The notes beneath the pieces were generated by a model, which was not told where the DNA came from, did no database searches, and worked only from the letters and a program-made list of their open reading frames with translations. 64,000 nucleotides of DNA from Nitrososphaerota archaeon (GTDB lineage: Archaea; Thermoproteota; Nitrososphaeria; Nitrososphaerales; Gagatemarchaeaceae): assembly GCA_027320425.1 (NCBI GenBank), contig DAHVLJ010000005.1, forward strand, positions 22,832-86,831. Reading direction: 5' to 3'. This document shows positions 37,879 to 46,699 of the stretch, one piece after another. Position numbers and translations under genes: made by a program. Positions within the stretch are counted from its first letter, which is position 1. Each line of letters begins with the position of its first letter.

Positions 37879-38815
37879 CCAGGGGAGCTTCGAGCTTCTG
37901 TTTGACGAACTTCTCTGCGTCCAGGAGCGCCTTGCACCCGTCGGCAGCCGCTGTTATCGCCTGCCTGTAGCGGAAATCATGGACGTCCCCCGCCACGAAG
38001 ACCCCTGGGACGCTGCTCTCGGTCCCATTGTGCAGGGCCACGTAGCCTTTCTGGTCGAGCTCAACCTGTCCCCTGAATATCTCTGTGTTCGGGTCATACC
38101 CGATGGCTACGAACACCCCATCCAGCTGGATGTCTCCCTCCTTTCCGGTCTTCAGGTTCCTGACCTTCACCCCGCTCACCTTTCCGTCGCCCAATACCTC
38201 GGTCACGGCGGAGTCCCACACGAAGCTGACCTTCGGATTCGAGAGGGCCTCCTTCTTCAGCGCTGCGTTGGCCCTGAGCTCGTCTCTACGGTGTATCACC
38301 TGCACGGAAGTGGCGAACTTCGTCAGGAACGTCGCTTCTTCCAAGGCTGTGTCCCCCCCGCCGACCACCGCGACCTTCTTCCCTCTGAAGAAGAAGGCGT
38401 CGCACACCGCGCAGTTGGAGACCCCCTTCCCCATCAGCTTCATCTCTGATGGGAGGTTGAGGCGCCTCGGGTTCGCCCCGGTGGCGATGATCACCGAAAG
38501 CGCGCGCGTGACCCCTGACCCTGTGTAGACCTCCAACGGATACGTCTTGAAGTTCACCTTCACCACGTCTTCCTGGACAAGCCGCGCTCCGAGCCTCTCC
38601 GCCTGGGACTTCATCCGAGAGATCAGGTCGGGCCCAAGGACGGGGTCAGGGAACCCCGGAAAGTTCTCTACTTCGCTTGTGAGCATGAGCTGGCCCCCAT
38701 ACTTCGTCCCCATGAACACGAGTGGGTCGAGGTCGGCCCTGCATCCGTAGATGGCCGCAGTGAGCCCTGCAGGCCCGGAACCAATGATCACTAACTTCTC
38801 AGCTTTTGCTTCCAT
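37871..38815 (-). CDS. trxB: Thioredoxin-disulfide reductase
   Basis: GSGPAG, ENFPGF, CAVCD, GGGDTALEEA, GVFVAGDV, QAITAA. Confidence 0.95.
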   Translation of the reverse strand: MEAKAEKLVIIGSGPAGLTAAIYGCRADLDPLVFMGTKYGGQLMLTSEVENFPGFPDPVLGPDLISRMKSQAERLGARLVQEDVVKVNFKTYPLEVYTGSGVTRALSVIIATGANPRRLNLPSEMKLMGKGVSNCAVCDAFFFRGKKVAVVGGGDTALEEATFLTKFATSVQVIHRRDELRANAALKKEALSNPKVSFVWDSAVTEVLGDGKVSGVKVRNLKTGKEGDIQLDGVFVAIGYDPNTEIFRGQVELDQKGYVALHNGTESSVPGVFVAGDVHDFRYRQAITAAADGCKALLDAEKFVKQKLEAPLAN

Positions 38816-38872
38816 ATGCAGGTCTAATGCGCTGTTTCCGCTTCATAAATCTGCCCCCGGCATGCGCCGGCG

Positions 38873-40549
38873 CTAGAGCAGCTTCGCTTCTCTCTGTACC
38901 GTGTGCAGCTCGTCCGAGAGCTGGTTCAGGGCTCTTTCAAGCCTCTTGGTGTACTGCGGGAGCAACCTGTCAAAGACTTCCTTCCTCATCTGCTTCAGGT
39001 AGTACTGCTGGTAGAGGTTCAGCTTGTCCTTGGTCGCCCTGTCGACCTCCCTCTCGGTCGCCTGCATCTGGTTGACGACTTCGGAGAACCTCTGGCTCGT
39101 GGCCTTCTGCTTTACCTCGTTGAGCCGCGCAAGCGCCTTGCTCCTGAATGTGTCTACCTTCCCCCTGAGCTCGTCGAAGTACGCCTTGTCCAGCTCGCTG
39201 GAGTCCTTCGACGCGATCTCCTGCCAGATGCCGTTGATGAGGCTGGTCTTCTCGTCGAAGGCATTGACCATAGCTTCGGCCTGCTCGGACGACGCCTCTG
39301 CTTCTTCCTCTTCGTCGCTTGCCGCCTCCGCTGAGGTCGTTCGTGAAGCGAAGAGCCCGATGAGCAACAGCATGAAAAGCACCGAAGCTACCGGTATCCC
39401 TCCCTCAAGGAACCATCCAGCGGACAGGCCGTAGGAGAAGGTGGTGCTCCCGGTCTGCCACGGCGTGACGGACGTCAGGTTCGTCGGAGAACCCTCGGAC
39501 ACCCTGGCGCTCGGAGGCATAGAGATCGTGATGCTGTATGAATCGGCGAACGCGTTCACTGGAGGGGCGTCGGGGATCTTCAGCGTCACCTGACCGCCGG
39601 ATACCGAATAGTAATTCGAGCCGAGAGGATACTGGTAGGTCAGAGTGAAGTTGGTGCTCGCCGGGACCCCGTCGCTAGGATAGCCTACGACGAAAGTGGC
39701 CAAGTCGATCGCTCCGCTGGATAGGGCGAGGGTGAAGGGCGGGAGCAGCACAGGCTCGTCCGCGGTAGCAGTCACGATCGTCACCTGGGCGGACGGCAGG
39801 GTAAGCGACGCGACGTAGATCTGCGAAAGCGGGATTGTCCCGAGGTTCTCGAACTGTATTTCGTCCGTCACGAGCGGGGTCCCGCTTGACGAGGCGGTTA
39901 TCGTCCGCTTCTCCGAGAAGACATGGAGTGGATTGAAGTCTTCGGTCGTGGAAGAGGCGACAGCTCTGACAGAGGTCACGGCGCCGGGGGTGGCGTTGGT
40001 GACGCTCGAAGAGTAGGTGTTGTTGCTCCCGAGGAGCGTGGGGGTGAGCCCCAGAGGAGCCGAGGTGAACTCGGTAGAGACGGGCATCTGGACGATGTTC
40101 GCTAATCTCCCGACCTCAAGGTTGATCGAAGGAGAGGAGAGGGTAAGGACTTCGAGGCTTCCGTTCTTGGACGTCGAGACGACGTTGTTCGCCAGCACGC
40201 TGAGCATGAAAGTGGCGTTGCCCCCCGCCTGTATCGACTGGCTTCCTGTGACCGTGAACGGACCTCCAGTAGGGGATGATCCGGTGGAAAAGCCCGAGCT
40301 GATGGTCGAAGCGACGATGTCAGATGACAGGTTCCCGAACCCTATGGTCATGCTCGGGACTTGGATGGCGGACGTCCCGTTGTTCACGACCAAGATTGTC
40401 TCGTTGACAGTCGCAAACCCATATCGGTTCAGGGTATAGACGCTTTTGACGCTCACCTGGGAGGTGCCCTGGGCGACCGCGGTCCCCATGACCGGGAGCA
40501 CGGACAGGACGAGAAAGAGCAGGAGCGACGCTGCTACTAGGCGTTTCAA
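38873..40549 (-). CDS. Type I membrane protein, probable ribophorin I (Ost1/RPN1)-like
   Basis: Signal peptide, two beta-rich extracellular domains, single TM, about 135-aa charged helical tail; CDS is secure, family call is by remembered similarity. Confidence 0.6.
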   Translation of the reverse strand: MKRLVAASLLLFLVLSVLPVMGTAVAQGTSQVSVKSVYTLNRYGFATVNETILVVNNGTSAIQVPSMTIGFGNLSSDIVASTISSGFSTGSSPTGGPFTVTGSQSIQAGGNATFMLSVLANNVVSTSKNGSLEVLTLSSPSINLEVGRLANIVQMPVSTEFTSAPLGLTPTLLGSNNTYSSSVTNATPGAVTSVRAVASSTTEDFNPLHVFSEKRTITASSSGTPLVTDEIQFENLGTIPLSQIYVASLTLPSAQVTIVTATADEPVLLPPFTLALSSGAIDLATFVVGYPSDGVPASTNFTLTYQYPLGSNYYSVSGGQVTLKIPDAPPVNAFADSYSITISMPPSARVSEGSPTNLTSVTPWQTGSTTFSYGLSAGWFLEGGIPVASVLFMLLLIGLFASRTTSAEAASDEEEEAEASSEQAEAMVNAFDEKTSLINGIWQEIASKDSSELDKAYFDELRGKVDTFRSKALARLNEVKQKATSQRFSEVVNQMQATEREVDRATKDKLNLYQQYYLKQMRKEVFDRLLPQYTKRLERALNQLSDELHTVQREAKLL

Positions 40550-40606
40550 GCGAGTTACGCCATCGCCGCTACGTTCTTATTTTAAGCGTTTTTCGGCCAA
40601 TGAGAA

Positions 40607-41995
40607 ATGCGAGACGCTCCTAGGCGTCACCCCCTGCTGCCCAACCTCGACGAAGCCCTGGTAGCCAAGATGCTTGAGAAGGTAGGCGCCGGGTCGGTCG
40701 ACGAGCTCTTCTCCGACATCCCTCAGAAGGTGCGCCTTGGGCGGAAGCTGAAGATCCCCGAAGGGGCAGCCGAGCATGAAGTGAGGCGCGAGGTCCAGTC
40801 GAAGCTCGCCCAGAACATGACCCCTCCCAATTCACTCTGCTTCCTCGGCGGCGGGGTCTGGCCCCACTACGTCCCCGCGGCGGTGGAGTCGATAACCTCC
40901 AGGCAGGAGTTCTACACGGCATACACCCCCTACCAGGCCGAGGTCAGCCAGGGGATGCTGCAGTCTCTCTTCGAGTACCAGAGCCTCATGTGCGACCTGC
41001 TGGGGATGGAGGTCTGCAACAGCTCGCTCTACGACTGGGCGTCCGCCGCCGGCGAAGCGGTGAGGATGGCTGGAAGGGTCACAGGGCGAAGGAAGGCGCT
41101 CCTCGCAGGGAACTCCGGGACCCAACGGAGGTCTGTGATCGGGACCTATACCGAACCGATGGGAATGTCCCTAGAGACCGTGGCCTACGACAAGGCCAGA
41201 GGGACCCTCGACATGGGAGACCTTAGGCGGAAGCTCTCGCCGGACGTCGCCTGCCTCTACATCGAGAACCCGAACTTCTTCGGCGGGATAGAGGACGCCA
41301 TAGAAGACGTGGTCGGGGCCGCGCACGAATCCGGGGCACTCGCAGTCGTAGGGGTCGACCCGATCTCGCTTTCGCTCCTGAAGGAGCCTGGAGGGTATGG
41401 CTCTGACATCGTCGTGGGGGAAGGCCAACCCCTGGGGATCGCGATGAACTTCGGCGGTCCACATCTTGGCATCTTCGCTGTGCGAGACCTGAAGCTCGCA
41501 AGGAACATGCCTGGCAGGTTGATCGGGATGACCACCGCCGCTTCAGACCCCAGCAGGAGAGCGTTTGCAATGGTGCTACAGGCTAGAGAGCAGCACATCA
41601 GGAGAGAGGCTGCGATGTCCAACGTCTGCACAAACCAGTCCCTCATGGCCCTGGCGGCGGCGAGCTATCTCTCGCTCCTGGGGAAGGAAGGGTTCCGCTC
41701 GCTAGGCGAAGCCGTGATCTCAAACTCGCACTACGCAGCTAGGCGGCTCGGACAGGTCACGGGCGTGGTTTCTCCTCACTTCAAGGGCGCCTACTTCAAG
41801 GAGTTCGTGGTATCATACAGGAAGAAAAAGGCGGAGACCGTCTACAGACAAATGGCGAAGAAGGGCGTCCTTGCGGGGTATCCAGTCCCCCGAGAGTTCG
41901 GTCTCGGGGCGGAAGCAGGGTCATACTGCGTGACCGAGGTCCACACCCCTGAGGACATCGAAAGGCTGGCCTCGGCTCTGGAGGGGGCGCTGTAG
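40607..41995 (+). CDS. gcvPA: Glycine dehydrogenase (decarboxylating) subunit 1
   Basis: FYTAYTPYQAEVSQG.LQ..FEYQ, GEGQPLG, FGGP.LG, REQHIRRE.A.SNVCTNQ. Confidence 0.95.
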   Translation: MRDAPRRHPLLPNLDEALVAKMLEKVGAGSVDELFSDIPQKVRLGRKLKIPEGAAEHEVRREVQSKLAQNMTPPNSLCFLGGGVWPHYVPAAVESITSRQEFYTAYTPYQAEVSQGMLQSLFEYQSLMCDLLGMEVCNSSLYDWASAAGEAVRMAGRVTGRRKALLAGNSGTQRRSVIGTYTEPMGMSLETVAYDKARGTLDMGDLRRKLSPDVACLYIENPNFFGGIEDAIEDVVGAAHESGALAVVGVDPISLSLLKEPGGYGSDIVVGEGQPLGIAMNFGGPHLGIFAVRDLKLARNMPGRLIGMTTAASDPSRRAFAMVLQAREQHIRREAAMSNVCTNQSLMALAAASYLSLLGKEGFRSLGEAVISNSHYAARRLGQVTGVVSPHFKGAYFKEFVVSYRKKKAETVYRQMAKKGVLAGYPVPREFGLGAEAGSYCVTEVHTPEDIERLASALEGAL

Positions 41996-41996
41996 C

Positions 41997-43469
41997 TTGA
42001 AGAGGTTCAGGCAGGCGGTCTGGGACGAGCCGCTCCTCAAGGAGCTCAGCAAGCCTGGAAGAGTGGGGAGCACGTTCCCCGTCGACAAGAGGGTCAGAGC
42101 ACGAATAAGGGACCCGCTTTCGCTCGTGCCGTCTTCCGTCAGGAGGGAGTCGGTCAACCTCCCCGAGCTGTCCGAGCTCCAGGTGCTGAGGCACTTCAAC
42201 CGGCTTTCCCAGATGAACTTCTCCGTCGAGCTGGGCATGTATCCGCTCGGCAGCTGCACGATGAAATACAATCCAAAGGTATCTGAGGTGGTGGCATCCT
42301 CTGACGGGATGAAGAACGCCCATCCTCTCCAGCCCACAGAGACGGTCCAGGGACTTCTCTCGGTGTTCTATGACCTGGAGCGCAGTCTGAGCGAGATAAC
42401 CGGGATGAACCGCTTCTCGCTGTCCACAGCCGCCGGCGCCCAGGGAGAGCTCGCCGGTGTCCTCATGATAAGGAAGTACCTGAGGGATCATCGATCCGCC
42501 AGAGACGAGATCCTCGTCCCCGACTCGGCGCACGGAACGAATCCCGCTAGCGCCGCCATGGCTGGGTTCAAGGTAGTCAAGGTGCCTTCAGACGAGGACG
42601 GCCAGGTGAAGGCCCGGACGGTGGGAGAGCTCTGCTCCGATAGGACCGCCGGGATGATGTTCACAGTCCCCAACACCCTCGGGCTCTTCGAGGGAGAGGT
42701 GTCGGAGATATGCGAAGCTGTGCACCAGGCCGGGGGGTTGATGTACTACGACGGCGCCAACATGAACGCCCTCCTCGGAAGGGCACGGCCGGGAGACATG
42801 GGGTTCGACGTCGTTCACCTCAACCTGCACAAGACATTCGCCACGCCCCACGGAGGGGGCGGACCCGGAGCAGGACCGGTAGGGGCTAGCAAGAGGCTCG
42901 CCGAATATCTCCCCGTCCCCGTGGTGTCGAAAGGAAAAGACGGATACTATCTCGACAACAGCCTGGAGCACTCCATAGGGCCGCTCAAAGGCTTCGTCGG
43001 GAACTCCGGCGTCCTCCTCAGGGCCTATGTGTACATCCGCCTGCTGGGCGCGTCCGGCCTGGCTGACGTGTCTTCACTGGCGGTCCTGGCTGCGAACTAC
43101 CTATGGAAGAGCCTCGACCCGGAGGCCTTCCCGGCATCCCATGGGAAAGAGCTCAGAAGAAAGCACGAGGCGGTGGTCTCTGTGAAGAGCGAGCTCCCAG
43201 GCGCCGCCATGTCGGTCGCCAAAGCCGTCCTCGATTACGGCATGCACGCGCCTACCGTCTATTTCCCTCTCATCGTACACGAGGCGCTGATGATCGAACC
43301 GACCGAGTCGGAGCCGGTGGAGATGCTCGATGAATACGCCTCCGCCCTGAACGAGATCTACGCTAGGATGAAAGACAGGACGCTAGGCGAAGCGCCCAGG
43401 AACGCAAGCGTAGGAAAGGTGGACGAAGTGAAGGCTTCGCACCCCTTGACCCTGAAGACTCATTGGTGA
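41997..43469 (+). CDS. gcvPB: Glycine dehydrogenase (decarboxylating) subunit 2
   Basis: YPLGSCTMKYNPK, SAHGTNPAS, HLNLHKTF.TPHGGGGPG, MIEPTESE. Confidence 0.96.
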   Translation: MKRFRQAVWDEPLLKELSKPGRVGSTFPVDKRVRARIRDPLSLVPSSVRRESVNLPELSELQVLRHFNRLSQMNFSVELGMYPLGSCTMKYNPKVSEVVASSDGMKNAHPLQPTETVQGLLSVFYDLERSLSEITGMNRFSLSTAAGAQGELAGVLMIRKYLRDHRSARDEILVPDSAHGTNPASAAMAGFKVVKVPSDEDGQVKARTVGELCSDRTAGMMFTVPNTLGLFEGEVSEICEAVHQAGGLMYYDGANMNALLGRARPGDMGFDVVHLNLHKTFATPHGGGGPGAGPVGASKRLAEYLPVPVVSKGKDGYYLDNSLEHSIGPLKGFVGNSGVLLRAYVYIRLLGASGLADVSSLAVLAANYLWKSLDPEAFPASHGKELRRKHEAVVSVKSELPGAAMSVAKAVLDYGMHAPTVYFPLIVHEALMIEPTESEPVEMLDEYASALNEIYARMKDRTLGEAPRNASVGKVDEVKASHPLTLKTHW

Positions 43470-43510
43470 GCCAAAGGTCATATAGGCTCTGAAACCCCGA
43501 GCGGTAGCCC

Positions 43511-43825
43511 TTGCCCAGCGAGCTCTCCAAGCGGGTTGCGGAAAGACTCAACGACATCGTCGACGAAGAAACCAAGCGCAAATTCGGAGAGTTGAACATC
43601 GTGACCGAGGTCTCCGAGACGAACACCGGATCAATACAGGTAAAGTTCCAGCCTCTTTCCGCATACAGCCCCATAGCTGTGGACACGGGGCGGAGCATCA
43701 GGAACGCTGCGCTCGCGGTTGACGGTGTGATGACCGTGAGGGTCGAGTGTTCAGGGCACATGATGGACGAACTGGTGAACAGGTTGGTCAACCAGGAAGA
43801 CCTGCAACCCATACTGCGGAGATAG
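43511..43825 (+). CDS. DUF59/MIP18 (FeS assembly P)-like protein
   Basis: L..IVD.E....ELNIV..V, PLSAYSP.A...IRNA...VDGV..V.V. Confidence 0.7.
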   Translation: MPSELSKRVAERLNDIVDEETKRKFGELNIVTEVSETNTGSIQVKFQPLSAYSPIAVDTGRSIRNAALAVDGVMTVRVECSGHMMDELVNRLVNQEDLQPILRR

Positions 43826-43932
43826 CTTCCACCCATCACGCGGGCAAGGGTAAACAAAAACTACTTCGTCGTCAACAATATTCAGTGATGGGTTTGTTTA
43901 TGCATAATGACAGCTAGGTCTGCGCTCCAGAA

Positions 43933-44958
43933 TTGACTGTAAACAATCGTAACGTAACCGCCATCGGAATCGGAAGTGCAGGGATCAAGATCGTCTCTCT
44001 GCTGAGCCGACGGTCTCTGCTGATAGACAGGTACGCCTACGTCTCCTGCGACGAAGGCGATTTCTCTACCGTAGACCCGAAGGACACGATTCTCGTTGAA
44101 TCGCCGATCGACCAGAAACTCTCACCGGCGCTGGTCCGGGGCCTCGCCCTCAACTCTGCGAAAGGGATACAGGCTGCCGTAAGCGGTTCGGAAGTGGTGT
44201 TCGTGGTCGCCGGCCTCGGTGGCGCGACCGGAAGCGGACTAGCACCAGTGGTGGCGTCCATGGCAGAGCAGTGCGGCGCGACAGCCGTTGGAGTCGCCGT
44301 CATGCCCTTCGAGTTCGAGAAGAAGATGAAGTTCTACGCCGGTGTCTCCCTGCGCAGGCTGAGAGCAGCGGCCAAAGGCGTCGTGGTGGTCGACAACGAC
44401 ACCCTGCTGAGGTCATCGCCAGAGGACTCCACCCTCGCGAACCTCTATGACACCGCCAACAAGGCGGTGGTGAAGGCGCTGGCGTCCATGCTGTCAAAGC
44501 CGGCGGAGGGGTCAAAATCGCTGGGGATGAACAAGCTCCTCGGGACGGTGATTCAGGAGGGGTATTCTCTCCTCGGGGTGTCAAGCAGCGGCGCGGACGA
44601 CAAGGCCGAAGACGCAATCGCTGGCGCGGTGGTCTCTCTCGGCAAGCTGGCAGAAGCCAGGGAGGCAGGCCACGCCGTGGTGAGCCTGAACGCCGATGAG
44701 AGCCTCTCGGCCCAAGAAGTGGGACTAGCGGTCGGGCGCCTGGGTTCGATAATGGACAGCGAAGGACTGGACGTCGAATATGCGGTTGACTACTCCGGGT
44801 CCGCCCAGCTACAGGTCAGCCTTCTCGCGTCAGGGTTCAGGTCGACGAAGTACGACGACTACGACCCTCTCGCAAAGGTGCTCGGAAACAGGGTCCTCGA
44901 CGATGAAATGGATACCGCGCTCCCAGGCGGATTAGAACTGCTCCAGTCCTGCGACTAG
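43933..44958 (+). CDS. ftsZ: Divergent FtsZ/tubulin family protein
   Basis: IGIGSAG, AGLGGATGSG, MPFEFE, VVVDND.L; T7 loop degenerate. Confidence 0.85.
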   Translation: MTVNNRNVTAIGIGSAGIKIVSLLSRRSLLIDRYAYVSCDEGDFSTVDPKDTILVESPIDQKLSPALVRGLALNSAKGIQAAVSGSEVVFVVAGLGGATGSGLAPVVASMAEQCGATAVGVAVMPFEFEKKMKFYAGVSLRRLRAAAKGVVVVDNDTLLRSSPEDSTLANLYDTANKAVVKALASMLSKPAEGSKSLGMNKLLGTVIQEGYSLLGVSSSGADDKAEDAIAGAVVSLGKLAEAREAGHAVVSLNADESLSAQEVGLAVGRLGSIMDSEGLDVEYAVDYSGSAQLQVSLLASGFRSTKYDDYDPLAKVLGNRVLDDEMDTALPGGLELLQSCD

Positions 44959-44965
44959 TCTTTCG

Positions 44966-46660
44966 CTACGAGAAGTAGTCTTTGACCGGTCGGCTCTTGG
45001 TGGCCAGAGCCTTTGCCCTAGCCACGTCGGAGTCTTCGAGCTTCCTGAAGGGTATCTCAGGCTTCGTGCTCAGACGGATGCTCTTCCTTTCATTGCCAAC
45101 CACATCGAAGCTACCACTGGAGGACCCCAGAGAAGAGAGGATTCTCTCCGACGACCCAGGCAGGAAAGGCTGCAGGAGCACGGCGACCGTCTCGCAGACG
45201 GTCAGGCAGGTGTGAATCACCTGTTCGCACCTGTCGCGGTCCTCTTTGACTAGTTTCCAGGGTTGCGTCCGCTGGAAGAACTCGTTCCCAAGATCGGCGA
45301 CCGAGAGTACCTTGGAGAGGGCATCCCTGAGCCTCACTTCGCCGAGCAGCTTCTCTACATCCGCGGCAAGAGCGCTCACCTTGGCGAGCAACTCTTCGTC
45401 ATCCTTCGACCTCTTGCTCAGCGTCACCGCACCGTCGAAGTTGTTCCATGCGAAGGTGGTGGTCCTGTGGACGAAGTTCCCGACGTTCGCCACCAGCTCG
45501 TTGTTCACTTTGCTCTTGAAGTCCTCCCACTTGAAGTCAGTGTCCTTGGTTTCGGGGATTATGTTGATGAGGTAGTATCGCCATATGTCCGGGTCCAGTC
45601 CGACATCGGGGACGCTCTCACAGAATACCCCCCAGTTGTGACTTTTGGAGATCTTGTCCCCCTCATAGTTGCAGAACTGCAGGCCGACCACGTCGTGGGG
45701 GAGGTTGAGACCGCCATGAGCGAAGAGCATGCCGGGCCAGAAAATGGTATGAAATGGGATGTTGTCCTTCCCGAGGAAGTTGTAGATTTCAGTGTCCTCC
45801 ACCCAGAACTTCTTCCAATAGTCCGGACTCCCCGTCGCTTCCGCCCATTCCTTCGTCGCAGACAGATAGCCGATGGGCGCGTCAAACCAGACATAGAACA
45901 CCTTCCCCCCGAATTCCTTCAGGGGGACGGGCACCCCCCATCTCAGATCCCTGGTGATCGACCTCTTCTTCAGCCCCTCTTTCAGCCAGCCAAGGGCGAG
46001 GGAGGTGACCTGGCCCTTCCAGTCCTTCTTCTCACGTATCCACCTTTCAAGCGTCCCTTGCACTTTCCCGAGCTCGAGGAACAACTGTTCGCTGTCTCTC
46101 CAGACCGGCACGCTCCCGTCTATCTTGCACCTGGGGCTGACCAACTGTTCAGGGTCGAGCAGGGTGGAGCACTTCTCGCACTGGTCCCCCCTCGCGAGCT
46201 CGTACCCACAGACCGGGCAGGTCCCCTGCACGTATCTGTCCGGAAGGAATATCCCGTCCTTCTCGCAGAATGGCAGACGCAGGATCCCCTCACTGACGAA
46301 GCCCTTCCGATAGATCTCAAGGAAGAATTCCTGGGTAGTTTTGTGATGGATGGGGGTCGAGGTCCGGGTGAAGTTGTCGTAGGATATCCCGAACCAGGCG
46401 TAGATGTCCCGGTGGACCCTGTACAGCGTGTCCGTCAACTCCTTGGGTGATATTCCCAGCTCCAGGGCCGCTACTTCGGTCGGGGTGCCGTTCTCGTCCG
46501 CCGCCCCCACGAACAGCGTCTCGTAGCCTTTGAGCCTGCAGTATCTGGCGAAGACGTCGGCAGGCAGATGCGAGCCTACTATGTTCCCCACATGGGGGAC
46601 GGCGTTCGTGTAAGGGAGGGCGCAGAGGACCAGGACCCGCTTCCTTTTCGCGCTTGCCAC
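44966..46660 (-). CDS. metG: Methionine--tRNA ligase (no C-terminal OB domain)
   Basis: ALPYTN.VPHVGN, Zn knuckle CPVC..ARGDQCEKC, YVWFDAPIGY, GKDNIPFH, KISKS. Confidence 0.96.
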   Translation of the reverse strand: MASAKRKRVLVLCALPYTNAVPHVGNIVGSHLPADVFARYCRLKGYETLFVGAADENGTPTEVAALELGISPKELTDTLYRVHRDIYAWFGISYDNFTRTSTPIHHKTTQEFFLEIYRKGFVSEGILRLPFCEKDGIFLPDRYVQGTCPVCGYELARGDQCEKCSTLLDPEQLVSPRCKIDGSVPVWRDSEQLFLELGKVQGTLERWIREKKDWKGQVTSLALGWLKEGLKKRSITRDLRWGVPVPLKEFGGKVFYVWFDAPIGYLSATKEWAEATGSPDYWKKFWVEDTEIYNFLGKDNIPFHTIFWPGMLFAHGGLNLPHDVVGLQFCNYEGDKISKSHNWGVFCESVPDVGLDPDIWRYYLINIIPETKDTDFKWEDFKSKVNNELVANVGNFVHRTTTFAWNNFDGAVTLSKRSKDDEELLAKVSALAADVEKLLGEVRLRDALSKVLSVADLGNEFFQRTQPWKLVKEDRDRCEQVIHTCLTVCETVAVLLQPFLPGSSERILSSLGSSSGSFDVVGNERKSIRLSTKPEIPFRKLEDSDVARAKALATKSRPVKDYFS

Positions 46661-46699
46661 GGTTGGGGTCGACCCCTTCCTTTTACTATAAACCTTGGC

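Noticed and set aside
45263..46450. Long antisense ORFs (also 2232-3074, 36850-37782, 7135-7926, 9999-10823)
   Set aside because: Shadow frames opposite well-supported genes, expected in GC-rich DNA; no recognisable motifs
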